64,000 nt of DNA from positions 47,660 to 111,659 of the forward strand of contig LBOW01000001.1 of the NCBI GenBank assembly GCA_000989765.1. The letters run 5' to 3'. The notes below the pieces were generated by a model. That model was given only the letters and a program-made list of their open reading frames with translations. It searched no databases and was not told the origin of the DNA. This DNA is from Candidatus Woesebacteria bacterium GW2011_GWB1_33_22 (lineage in GTDB: Bacteria > Patescibacteriota > Microgenomatia > UBA8517). The position numbers and the translations under genes were made by a program. Positions within the stretch are counted from its first letter, which is position 1. Every line of letters starts with the position of its first letter. Shown here piece by piece: positions 1 to 9,181 of the stretch.

Positions 1-201
1 ATTATTGGTTGTGGTGGTGTATTTAATGCAGAAGATGCTTGGGTTAAATTTACAAACGGCGCAAGTTTAGTTCAGCTTATAACAGGTATGATTTTTGAAG
101 GGCCTCAATTAATTGCACAAATAAATAGAGATTTGTCATATAAACTTTCTAAAGAAGGATACAAAAATATTGCCGAAATAGTTGGAATTAATGTAAACTA
201 A
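1..201 (+). CDS. pyrD: Dihydroorotate dehydrogenase (class 2-like), C-terminal fragment; 5' end outside window
   Basis: Manual frame-1 translation [42 protein letters not shown]...*, matching the DHOD C-terminal IGxGG...GASLVQxxTGxIxEGP motif; TAA at 199-201. Confidence 0.85.
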   Translation: MIGCGGVFNAEDAWVKFTNGASLVQLITGMIFEGPQLIAQINRDLSYKLSKEGYKNIAEIVGINVN

Positions 202-207
202 ATATAT

Positions 208-924
208 ATGAAGACAGCAGTGATTACGGGTGCCGGTGGGGCTATGGGTAGTGAATTGGTCAAAGCTTTAGAAAAAGAAGACGTAACTTGTATTTTAATT
301 GAGAGAGAAAGGGATCTTCTAGGAGAATTGGTTCATATGCTGGATGGTAATAAACACTTTTTTTATAAAGCAGATTTTACCAATCAAAAAGATATTCAAA
401 ATATTATAAGCAATATTATCAGTAAGCATCAAAAAATTGACTATCTTTTTAATGTGGCAGGTATTGGAATTTATAAAAAACTAGAGGATTTAACACTTTC
501 CGAATGGAGAGCTTCAATGGATATAAATGTAAATTCTATATTTTTGTTTTCAAAAGGACTCTTACCTCTATTAAAAAATTCTAAAAATGCAATGGTACTC
601 TCTTTTGGTTCGGGAATGGGAATATATCCTAAAGAAAATAGAGTTGCCTACTGTGCTTCTAAATTTGCACTTCGAGGACTTTCTTTGACTTTATCTCGTG
701 AGTTTAAAGGGCGAGGTGTTGACTTTGTACTATTAACTCTTGGCTCTGTTATGACAGATTTTGGCACAGGCGGTTTAATTTATAGAAAAAAACTTGAAAC
801 TAACGGCAAAAAATATTTAAATGTAGAAGAAGTAATTTCTAAAGTAATAGAAATAATAAAATTATCTTCAAGGAAAGAGGAATATACCCTTTTCCCTGAA
901 GGATATGAAGAGGAAACTAAGTAG
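208..924 (+). CDS. Classical SDR-family oxidoreductase
   Basis: TGAGGAMG Rossmann motif, NVAG, catalytic YCASK. Confidence 0.9.
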   Translation: MKTAVITGAGGAMGSELVKALEKEDVTCILIERERDLLGELVHMLDGNKHFFYKADFTNQKDIQNIISNIISKHQKIDYLFNVAGIGIYKKLEDLTLSEWRASMDINVNSIFLFSKGLLPLLKNSKNAMVLSFGSGMGIYPKENRVAYCASKFALRGLSLTLSREFKGRGVDFVLLTLGSVMTDFGTGGLIYRKKLETNGKKYLNVEEVISKVIEIIKLSSRKEEYTLFPEGYEEETK

Positions 925-926
925 GA

Positions 927-932
927 TATAAT
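927..932 (+). promoter_or_regulatory. -10 box for leaderless transcript of 939..1349
   Basis: TATAAT 6 nt upstream of GTG start; no SD. Confidence 0.6.
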
Positions 933-938
933 TACTTT

Positions 939-1349
939 GTGAATTATTATCAAACTAAATCAACTTTGTTGCATGGTTCAAATTACAAAGAAATTAAAAA
1001 AAACTCAGATAAGTTATTTGCATCACTTCAAAAACAAACTAAGCGTCAGCCTTATGTTCGATCAGCATATTTTAGTAAGCAAAAAATATTTTTCAATCTA
1101 TTTTGGATACACCTATTTGATAAACCTGATAAAATAAGGTCAGAGAGACTTAGATTTTTAAAATGTGGGATTGAATTGATTCAAAAATCGAGAAATCATC
1201 CTGAAAGCAAAGATAATCTAAATAACAAAGCTGAGATTTTGCATCGATTTATGGGAATTACAAAAAATAAAATAAAATTTGCTGTACAAATTAAAGAAAT
1301 AAAACGGACAGGAAAAAAGTATTTAATGTCTGTATTTTTATATGATTAG
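939..1349 (+). CDS. Basic hypothetical protein, possible RelE/BECR-fold ribonuclease
   Basis: 136 aa, Lys/Arg-rich; C-terminal strand pattern FAVQIKE..TGKKYLMSVF resembles BECR-type RNases (inference). Confidence 0.45.
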   Translation: MNYYQTKSTLLHGSNYKEIKKNSDKLFASLQKQTKRQPYVRSAYFSKQKIFFNLFWIHLFDKPDKIRSERLRFLKCGIELIQKSRNHPESKDNLNNKAEILHRFMGITKNKIKFAVQIKEIKRTGKKYLMSVFLYD

Positions 1350-1351
1350 CA

Positions 1352-1413
1352 GATAAACAAGAAATTCCTCCGCCAGGTTGAAGTATATAAACTTCGGCCG
1401 AGGAATTATCTTA
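1352..1413 (-). ncRNA. Candidate ~60-nt structured small RNA (or bidirectional terminator) convergent with 939..1349
   Basis: Nested stems AAGA/TCTT, AATTCCTC/GAGGAATT, GCC/GGC, GAAGT/ACTTC (1359-1412); minus-strand TGtTATTAT at 1428-1420 places a start at the hairpin 5' end; U-rich tail on the minus strand. Confidence 0.4.
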
Positions 1414-1418
1414 AAGAG

Positions 1419-1428
1419 TATAATAACA
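1419..1428. promoter_or_regulatory. Overlapping bidirectional -10 elements
   Basis: + TATAAT 1419-1424 (8 nt before ATG 1433); - TGtTATTAT 1428-1420. Confidence 0.5.
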
Positions 1429-1432
1429 TATT

Positions 1433-2422
1433 ATGTCAAGTAAATCAATCAAGATTGCGATTGTAAGTGGGGCATCCAAAAACGACGATGCCGTGAGGGG
1501 AATTGGAGTACACACTTCTCAACTGTTTGAACAGTTGAGACAATTATCAATTAACAATTATCAATTTTCAATTACCAAGAGTACTAGCCAAGCTGATATA
1601 GTTCATTTTACTGTTTTTAGACCGTTTTTTATTTCTTTACCATTTTTTAAATCAAAGAACCAAAAATTGGTTTTGACAATTCATGATTTGATTCCATTGA
1701 TCTACCCTAATCATTATCCTGCTGGAATTAGAGGTAAAATTAAATTTTTAATTAACAAGTTTTTGGTTTGGAAAAATATTGATCAAATTATAACTATTTC
1801 TGAAACTAGCAAAAAGGATATTTGCAGATTTTTACAAGTTGATCCAAAAATTGTCAATGTAATTTATCTTGCCCCAAAAGAAATTTATAAAAAATCTAAA
1901 GTTATTAATAATTATAAATTACCCAATAAATTTGTACTGTACACAGGGGATATTAATTATAATAAAAATATTCCTAATTTAATTAAAGCTTGTGAAATTG
2001 CAAAAATTCCCTTAGTTATTGCAGGTAAGCACGCTAAAGAAATTCAAAATATGGATTTAAAACATGCAGAATTAAAACACCTTAACAATATTGATTGGTC
2101 AGGTGTAATTAGGGTTGGTTTTGTCCCCGATGAAATTCTAGTTGATTTATATAATTTAGCAACAGTTTATGTACAGCCTTCTTTGTATGAAGGTTTTGGA
2201 TTGCCTGTTTTAGATGCTGTTGCTTGTGGTACACCAATTGTCGTTACGAAAACACAAGCGTTGGTTGAAATACTTGGAACAAATTTAAATTATGTTGATC
2301 CTAACGATCCAAAAGATATGGCACGAGGAATTTTAAATCCAAATAAAAATATAAAATTACCAAGAGAATATTCATGGCAGAAAACAGCTGAAGAAACATT
2401 AGAAGTCTATGTCAAAGCGTGA
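1433..2422 (+). CDS. GT4 glycosyltransferase (MtfB/WbpY-like)
   Basis: TIHDLIP, KNIPNLI, PSLYEGFGLPVLDA. Confidence 0.9.
   Translation: MSSKSIKIAIVSGASKNDDAVRGIGVHTSQLFEQLRQLSINNYQFSITKSTSQADIVHFTVFRPFFISLPFFKSKNQKLVLTIHDLIPLIYPNHYPAGIRGKIKFLINKFLVWKNIDQIITISETSKKDICRFLQVDPKIVNVIYLAPKEIYKKSKVINNYKLPNKFVLYTGDINYNKNIPNLIKACEIAKIPLVIAGKHAKEIQNMDLKHAELKHLNNIDWSGVIRVGFVPDEILVDLYNLATVYVQPSLYEGFGLPVLDAVACGTPIVVTKTQALVEILGTNLNYVDPNDPKDMARGILNPNKNIKLPREYSWQKTAEETLEVYVKA
1517..1578. repeat. 11-bp inverted repeat (1517-1540) followed by 5 x 7-bp tandem repeat CAATT(A/T)N (1541-1575) inside the GT4 gene
   Basis: tctcaactgtt-tg-aacagttgaga then caattat caattaa caattat caatttt caattac caa. Confidence 0.85.
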
Positions 2423-3446
2423 TTATTGGTTTATTTTAAAAAGTTATTTGGTTTGGAGAATTGCAATAACGATTGTAGCTATATTGGCCATTAATTATAT
2501 ACCAAGATTTAGTGATAATTTTTTCGGGGGGAGATTATTAAATTACGAAGCTAATCCACTTCTTTGGGGATGGGCAAATTTTGACGGAGAACATTACCTT
2601 TCTATTGCTATAAACGGTTATAAAGATTTACAACAAGCTTATTTTCCCTTTTATCCCCTTTTAATAAGATTATTTGGTGGTTCTATCGTTGTGGCAATTC
2701 TAATTTCTAATATCTCATTTCTAGTTGCTATCGTAGGTTTATACAAATTAATTAGATTGGATTATTCAGAAAAAACAGCAGAATTAGCCATTATTTTACT
2801 TTTAATATTTCCAACCTCTTTCTTTTTTGCAACTGTCTATACAGAAAGTTTATTTTTAGCTCTTGTTGTTTGGAGTTTTTTTCTTTTTAGAAGGCAAAAG
2901 TATTTTTCTGGGTTAGTTTTAGGTACATTATCTTCTTTAACGCGTGCAATTGGTATTATTCCAATTGGGTTACTTTCATATATGACTTATTCAAAATATC
3001 GCTGGGGTGATTATCTTACTTTTTTTCATAATCAAACCTATTTTGGTGAGCATAGGAGTAACCAAATAATTTTATTGCCTCAAGTCTTATATAGGTATTT
3101 AGTTAAGATTATTCCTAATTTAAATTGGGAATATTTTCCAATAGTTTTTACAACCTTTCTTGAAGCAATTATTGCTATTATATTCTTAATTATAATCATT
3201 TATTCTTTCAAAAGAATTAGATTTGAATATTGGTTGTTTTTAGCCTTTGGATATTTATTACCAACGTTATCTGGAAGTTTTTCGTCACTCCCAAGATATG
3301 TTGTAGTCTTATTCCCAGCTTTTATATACATGGCAACAAGATTCAAAGATATTAAAAAAAGTTTTTTAATCGTAGGGCTATTCATAACAAGTTTGATTGC
3401 AATCGCTACAGAAATGATGTTTATTAGGGGTTATTTTGTGTCATAG
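2409..3446 (+). CDS. GT-C membrane glycosyltransferase, PIG-V/Mannosyl_trans2-like
   Basis: Polytopic; NFDGEHYLSIA, AYFPFYP, YTESLF, SSLPRY. Confidence 0.8.
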   Translation: MSKRDYWFILKSYLVWRIAITIVAILAINYIPRFSDNFFGGRLLNYEANPLLWGWANFDGEHYLSIAINGYKDLQQAYFPFYPLLIRLFGGSIVVAILISNISFLVAIVGLYKLIRLDYSEKTAELAIILLLIFPTSFFFATVYTESLFLALVVWSFFLFRRQKYFSGLVLGTLSSLTRAIGIIPIGLLSYMTYSKYRWGDYLTFFHNQTYFGEHRSNQIILLPQVLYRYLVKIIPNLNWEYFPIVFTTFLEAIIAIIFLIIIIYSFKRIRFEYWLFLAFGYLLPTLSGSFSSLPRYVVVLFPAFIYMATRFKDIKKSFLIVGLFITSLIAIATEMMFIRGYFVS

Positions 3447-3454
3447 AGCATAAT

Positions 3455-4705
3455 ATGAAAAAAATAAAAGATTTAATGAAACATCCACTTTTTTCGGGTA
3501 GTGCAATCATGTTTGTTGGGAGTATGGGAGCCAACGCAATTAATTATTTGTACCATTTAATTATGGGTAGGCTTCTTGGCCCTGTTGAATATGGAATTTT
3601 GGCGAGTCTCTATTCAATCATGTATTTAATTAGCATTATTCCGTCTTCTGCTAGTGTTTCTATAGTTAAATATATTTCTTCGTCTAAAAGTATAAATGTA
3701 TATTCGGTTTATTCAGAAATTAATAAATTTATTTTTAAAATTTCATTGATAATTTCATTATTAATTCTTTTCTCATCAAAAGTAATTGCAAATTTCTTAA
3801 ATATTGATAATTTATTATCAATAATACTTCTTGCTCCTGTTTTATTTTTATCTTTGGTTACATTAGTTAATCAGGCAACATCACAGGGGCTGATTAAATT
3901 TGTTGGACATATTGTTCCGAATTTAATATCTTCAGTATTTAAACTATTGCTTGGAATATTTTTTATTTATATTGGATGGTCGGTTGCTGGTGCGATGTTT
4001 GCAGTAACAATTGGTGCCCTTTTTGCTTATTTTTATAGTTTTAATTTTATAAAAAAACATATTTCTAAAACTAAATTACGAAAAATTGACATTATGCCAT
4101 TTATTAGATATTCGGCTCCAGTACTGTTACAGTCTTTGGCTTTTACATCTATATTTACAATCGATGTAATGTTGGCAAAACATTTTCTAGATCCTTTTTC
4201 GGCCGGAATTTATGCAGCTCTTTCAACATTAGGAAAAATAATCTTTTTTGCCACTTCTCCTGTTACTGCAACCATGTTTCCTGTAATCTCCAAAAGAATA
4301 AGTTTAAAACAAGAATATAAAAAAATATTTTTCCTATCACTTCTTGCCACTTTTGCTATCGCATTTGTAATAACCTGCTTTTATTGGATATTTCCAAATA
4401 TTGCCATTGGAGTATTGTATGGAAGAGAATACATTTCTGCTAAAACCGATTTAGTTTGGATGGGATTTTTTATTCTTTTTTATACTCTTTCAAACTTAAT
4501 TGTAAATTTCTTTCTTTCTATTGGCAAACTCAAAATTGTTATTATTCCAATTTTGGCTGCGCTGATTCAAATATTGGTTATTTGGACTAATCATGATAGT
4601 ATTACTGAAATTATACAGATATCTTTTTACACCACTTTAACAATGTTTATTTTGTTGATAGGATATACAGGCTACAATTTAATTTATGAACCAAAAAGAT
4701 TATAA
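3455..4705 (+). CDS. Wzx/MOP-family oligosaccharide flippase
   Basis: Many TM helices; RLLGPVEYG, DVMLAKHFL..AGIYAA. Confidence 0.85.
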   Translation: MKKIKDLMKHPLFSGSAIMFVGSMGANAINYLYHLIMGRLLGPVEYGILASLYSIMYLISIIPSSASVSIVKYISSSKSINVYSVYSEINKFIFKISLIISLLILFSSKVIANFLNIDNLLSIILLAPVLFLSLVTLVNQATSQGLIKFVGHIVPNLISSVFKLLLGIFFIYIGWSVAGAMFAVTIGALFAYFYSFNFIKKHISKTKLRKIDIMPFIRYSAPVLLQSLAFTSIFTIDVMLAKHFLDPFSAGIYAALSTLGKIIFFATSPVTATMFPVISKRISLKQEYKKIFFLSLLATFAIAFVITCFYWIFPNIAIGVLYGREYISAKTDLVWMGFFILFYTLSNLIVNFFLSIGKLKIVIIPILAALIQILVIWTNHDSITEIIQISFYTTLTMFILLIGYTGYNLIYEPKRL

Positions 4706-4717
4706 ATTAAAAAAATT

Positions 4718-5494
4718 ATGAACCAAAAAAATAAAGGCAAAAATCAATTTCTATCTGTTATTGTTCCAACTTATAAACAAGAAAGAACGATAAAAAAAGA
4801 TTTAGAAAATATTATTGACACACTTGATAGTGGTTTATCAAATATTGACTTTGAAATAATTTGTGTGATTGACGGTAAAATTGATAATACTTCAAAAGAA
4901 GCAAAAAAAATTAAATCAAACAAACTAAAAGTGTATGAATATAACAATAATCAGGGTAAGGGTTATGCTGTTAGATTTGGGATGAGTAAGGCAAAAGGTG
5001 ATTTGATATCTTTTCTAGATGCGGGTATGGATATTTCTCCAAAGGGAATAATGATGCTTATGGCACATATGGATTGGTACAACGCTGATATTATAGTAGG
5101 TAGTAAAAAACATCCAGTTTCTAAAGTTAACTACCCAATTTTAAGAAAAATATTAAGTTTGGGTTATCATCTAGGGGTTAGAATTCTTTTTGGACTTGAT
5201 CTTTCTGATACTCAAAGTGGTATAAAAATATTTAGAAGAGAAGTGGTGGAAAAAATACTTCCTAGACTTTTAGTTAAAACTTATGCAATGGATATTGAAA
5301 TGCTGGCTGTGGCTAAATACTTAGGCTTTGACAGAATTTACGAAGGTCCAATTGAAGTAACATTTAGTAAACTAACAAGTGCAGTTAGATGGAACACTAG
5401 TTTTAAGATGGCATGGGATACCTTAGCAGTTTTTTACCGATTAAAAGTTCTTCATTATTATGATGACAAAAATATAAACAACTGGATAAATTAG
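4718..5494 (+). CDS. GT2, polyprenol-phosphate sugar synthase (DPG/DPM-like)
   Basis: SVIVPTY, NQGKGYAVRFG, FLDAG, DTQSGIK. Confidence 0.85.
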   Translation: MNQKNKGKNQFLSVIVPTYKQERTIKKDLENIIDTLDSGLSNIDFEIICVIDGKIDNTSKEAKKIKSNKLKVYEYNNNQGKGYAVRFGMSKAKGDLISFLDAGMDISPKGIMMLMAHMDWYNADIIVGSKKHPVSKVNYPILRKILSLGYHLGVRILFGLDLSDTQSGIKIFRREVVEKILPRLLVKTYAMDIEMLAVAKYLGFDRIYEGPIEVTFSKLTSAVRWNTSFKMAWDTLAVFYRLKVLHYYDDKNINNWIN

Positions 5495-5509
5495 ATTATA
5501 ATACCGGTT

Positions 5510-6484
5510 ATGACTATTATAAGTATTGAAAGTATGAATAAAGGTATGAAAGTAGTAAATTCTGTTCGTACTGCAATGAACGACTTGATGCCTCCAATAG
5601 AAATTAAGGCCTCAAAAAGAGATTTAACTATCTCTCTGGGAATAGCAGTATCTGAAAAAGAGAATGATTGGTATGGTGCGTTAAGTATATTTGGGAATAT
5701 TTATAAAGATAATGATGGAAATCCAACAAATGATGAGCGTGTTAAAGCTGGAATATGGGCAAGTCAGATGCTTATAAATCTAGGTAGACTTAAACAGGCA
5801 ACTGGCATACTTGATGGATGTTCAAAATTGTTGGCTAAAATAAATGATGACGATTTAAAATTACAACTTGAAGCCTTCGTTTTAGAAAAAAGAGCATGGG
5901 TCTCCGATTATCGAGGAAAACCTAAAATGGCATTAAAATACTTAAATGATGCAAAAAATCTTTTTGATTCTCTTGGTGCGGGTTTGTCTGATGAATTTGT
6001 CGAGTCTCGATCAACAGTCGAACATTTTTTGGGACGAGTCAATTTCGAGTTAGGAAATTTTGATACTGCGATAATTCATTTTAATATAGATTTAGGTAAT
6101 TACAAAAGGGGTAGAAAAAATGGTAAACCTAAATCGTATGGTGAAGCATTTAATCTTGAATGGTTAGCTAGATGTTACGCATACAAAAACGAATTTCAAA
6201 GATCAAGGGAGCTTATTGATGAATCAATTCCATTTTTTGAGGAAGAATCAAAACTGAGAGGGAGTAGAGCAATAATTGCGCATTATTGCTTGACGAATGC
6301 AGAGATATCATTATTAGATTCAAAACCTACAGATGCTGTTTATTTTGCAAATGAAGCATTAAAACTGCGCGAGACGGAATTGCCAAAGTTTTCTAAAGGA
6401 AAAATAGAAGCTAGATTTGTTTTAGCGATCGCCCTATATTCTAGTATACCTTTTGTTTTTAAGGACCTTTTTGATCTTAACTAA
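5510..6484 (+). CDS. Orphan TPR-like alpha-helical protein
   Basis: Repeats such as HFLGRVNFELGNFDTAIIHF and WLARCYAYKNEFQRSRELI; TATAAT at 5497-5502. Confidence 0.6.
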   Translation: MTIISIESMNKGMKVVNSVRTAMNDLMPPIEIKASKRDLTISLGIAVSEKENDWYGALSIFGNIYKDNDGNPTNDERVKAGIWASQMLINLGRLKQATGILDGCSKLLAKINDDDLKLQLEAFVLEKRAWVSDYRGKPKMALKYLNDAKNLFDSLGAGLSDEFVESRSTVEHFLGRVNFELGNFDTAIIHFNIDLGNYKRGRKNGKPKSYGEAFNLEWLARCYAYKNEFQRSRELIDESIPFFEEESKLRGSRAIIAHYCLTNAEISLLDSKPTDAVYFANEALKLRETELPKFSKGKIEARFVLAIALYSSIPFVFKDLFDLN

Positions 6485-6496
6485 ATCTAGTACAAT

Positions 6497-7618
6497 ATGA
6501 TTTGCATGAATATTTTAGTTTTTTCTTGGCGTGATCCAAAACACCCGTTAGCTGGTGGTGCTGAGCAAGTGATGCATGAACACATGAAAGGGTGGATTGA
6601 AGTAGGTCATAATGTCACATTTTTTTCATCAAAGGTAAAAGGTCTTGTTGATTATGAGAAAATAGATGGAGTAGAAATAATTAGACAAGGAAATCAATAT
6701 TTAGGTGTCCAAATTAAAGGTTTTTTATATTACCTAAAAAATATAAATAATTTTGATTTGATAGTTGACCAGTTTCATGGTATTCCTTTTTTTACACCAC
6801 TGTACGTTAAAAAACCAATCCTCGCGGTTTTACAGGAAGTTGCCAAAGAGGTGTGGTTTAAAAATCCATTTAATTTTCCAATAAATGTAATTGTTGGTTT
6901 AATTGGTTATATTTTAGAGCCTGTAATTTTTCTTTTGTATAAAAATTGTAAATTTATGGTTGGCTCAAATTCTGCCAAAGAAGATTTAATTAAATTTATG
7001 ATACCTTCAAAAAATATTACAATAGTTCCGCATGGGGTATTGCTTCCCAAAAAATTGCCTGATCATAAAGTTACAAACCCCCAAATAGTTACCTATTTTG
7101 GGCCCCTAACGGGGGATAAGGGAATAATGGATGCAATAGAAACATTTAGTATTGTAAGTCTTTCAGGAGATTATAGATTTTACGTCATTGGTAGACCTGA
7201 AACCGACAATTATTATAGAAAAGTATTACAAAAGATTAACAAATACAAACTTAAAGAAAAAATCACATTTTATAAACGACCAGACGATGAAGAAAAGTTT
7301 AAGATTCTTTCAAAGTCGTATCTATTAATCAATCCGTCAATAAGAGAAGGGTGGGGACTTGTAAATATAGAAGCAAATTCTGTTGGTACTCCGGTAGTTG
7401 CATATAATTCAGCGGGTTTAGTAGATTCGGTTAAAGATGGGTATTCTGGGGTAATTGTTTCTGAAAATTCCCCTCAAAAAATAGCTGAAATAATTATCAA
7501 TCTCTTATTGAATAAGGATAAATATAAAAAACTTCAAAGGACGTCTATTCTCTGGAGCAAAAAATTTGATTGGAAGATATCAAAAAAAATATCTCAAAAA
7601 TTAATACCAAATATTTGA
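6497..7618 (+). CDS. GT4 glycosyltransferase (start may be 6506)
   Basis: WRDPKHPLAGGAE, PSIREGWGLVNIEA. Confidence 0.9.
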   Translation: MICMNILVFSWRDPKHPLAGGAEQVMHEHMKGWIEVGHNVTFFSSKVKGLVDYEKIDGVEIIRQGNQYLGVQIKGFLYYLKNINNFDLIVDQFHGIPFFTPLYVKKPILAVLQEVAKEVWFKNPFNFPINVIVGLIGYILEPVIFLLYKNCKFMVGSNSAKEDLIKFMIPSKNITIVPHGVLLPKKLPDHKVTNPQIVTYFGPLTGDKGIMDAIETFSIVSLSGDYRFYVIGRPETDNYYRKVLQKINKYKLKEKITFYKRPDDEEKFKILSKSYLLINPSIREGWGLVNIEANSVGTPVVAYNSAGLVDSVKDGYSGVIVSENSPQKIAEIIINLLLNKDKYKKLQRTSILWSKKFDWKISKKISQKLIPNI

Positions 7619-7640
7619 TAGAATACAAATAACAAAGTAT

Positions 7641-9167
7641 ATGAACAAAAAAGTAGTTTGGGTAGCAACACCAACATTTTTGTATAGAAATTATTTATAC
7701 CAGAAGATAATTTCTAAATTGCCTAGAAATTATAAGTTTCTATTAATAGGTACAGGTAGTGGATATTTTCTTGAAATTTTACAAAAAAGGGGTTTTCAGG
7801 GTACCGCTATTGACATATCTTCGGAATCTGTTTCTTGTGTTAAAAAAATATTAGATAAAAATAAAATACGAGTAAAAAAGGGAGATATTTTAAATTATCA
7901 AAGTAAAGAGAAATTTGATTTAATATTTTCCTTTGAGGTTATTGAGCATATCAAAGATGATCGCAAAGCCTTAAGTAATATGTACAAACTTTTAAAACCT
8001 GGAGGTAAGTTGATATTTTCGGTACCTGCACATATGAAAGCTTGGGGAAGGATGGATGAAATAGGTGGACATTTTCGTAGATACGAGAAGACAAGTTTAA
8101 CCGAATTGTTGTTAAAATGCGGTTTTAATATTGAAAATTTTTGGTCTTATGGTTTTCCATTTTTAAATGTTATTCAAAGGTTTAGTAAAACAGGCATGTT
8201 TGTTAAAAACTTTAATCATGGTATTTCGGTAAGTGAAAAAACTAAAAAATCTGGAATCAGAACTGATGCTGACCCAAGGTTTTCTTTTTTATATTCAAAC
8301 AAAATTCTATTATACCCATTTTTTTTAATTATGAATTTTTTTATTAAAACTGATTTAGGCTTTGGGTACCTAGTTGTTGCAGACAAAAAAATAAAAACAA
8401 AATTTTCAAACATATTAAAATCAATTCATAATAACTACGCAGTATTTAATGATGAAGTATTGGATGTCAAAGGTAGAACGATGATTGCTAGACAAATTAT
8501 AAAAGTTGTTTCAATATATAGAAATAATACTATTAAACCAAATTTAATGAAAATATTGGATATTGGTTGTTCTTCAGGTATAATTACAGACTATTTGTCT
8601 AAAGAATATGGTCAAGTTGTAGGGATTGATGTTGATAAAGAGTCAATAAATAGTGCCAAAAGTAAATTTAAAAATAAAAATTTAAATTTTTTAGTAAAAG
8701 ACGGTTCCAAAACTGGATTTCCTGATTCCTCCTTTGATGTAATAATTGCTAACCAAATTTATTATTGTTTTTTAAGACCAAAAGATTTTTTTGATGAAGT
8801 TTACCGACTATTAAAACCAGGAGGTATATGTTATTTTGGGGGAAGAAATAAATATACTCTTTGGGATGCACAATATAAACTTCCTCTCCTCTCGGTAATG
8901 CCAAGAAATTTGTCTGACTTTATGGTTAAAACAACGGGGCGTAGCGAAAAGTTTGAGGCTGAATATAGAACATATTGGCAATTGGAAAAAATGTGTAATA
9001 AATTTATAGTTGAAAAAATAACCCCCAAAGCGATTCATAATTATAAAAAATTCGGCTTTGAAAAATTTAAGAAATATAGATTGTTGTTCTCTTCGATACC
9101 TGAATTTGTATGGGCTATATTAGAACCGATACTACCGAATTTTGTTTGGATTTTGAAGAAAATGTAG
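7641..9167 (+). CDS. Tandem double class I SAM-methyltransferase
   Basis: Domain 1 LLIGTGSG...FEVIEHI...LKPGG; domain 2 ILDIGCSSG...FDVII...LKPGG. Confidence 0.8.
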   Translation: MNKKVVWVATPTFLYRNYLYQKIISKLPRNYKFLLIGTGSGYFLEILQKRGFQGTAIDISSESVSCVKKILDKNKIRVKKGDILNYQSKEKFDLIFSFEVIEHIKDDRKALSNMYKLLKPGGKLIFSVPAHMKAWGRMDEIGGHFRRYEKTSLTELLLKCGFNIENFWSYGFPFLNVIQRFSKTGMFVKNFNHGISVSEKTKKSGIRTDADPRFSFLYSNKILLYPFFLIMNFFIKTDLGFGYLVVADKKIKTKFSNILKSIHNNYAVFNDEVLDVKGRTMIARQIIKVVSIYRNNTIKPNLMKILDIGCSSGIITDYLSKEYGQVVGIDVDKESINSAKSKFKNKNLNFLVKDGSKTGFPDSSFDVIIANQIYYCFLRPKDFFDEVYRLLKPGGICYFGGRNKYTLWDAQYKLPLLSVMPRNLSDFMVKTTGRSEKFEAEYRTYWQLEKMCNKFIVEKITPKAIHNYKKFGFEKFKKYRLLFSSIPEFVWAILEPILPNFVWILKKM

Positions 9168-9181
9168 TAGAATACATTTAA

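Noticed and set aside
1434-1439. Minus-strand TTGACA as -35 of the candidate sRNA promoter
   Set aside because: Only 8-11 nt from the candidate -10 hexamers, too short for sigma70 geometry; not used as evidence
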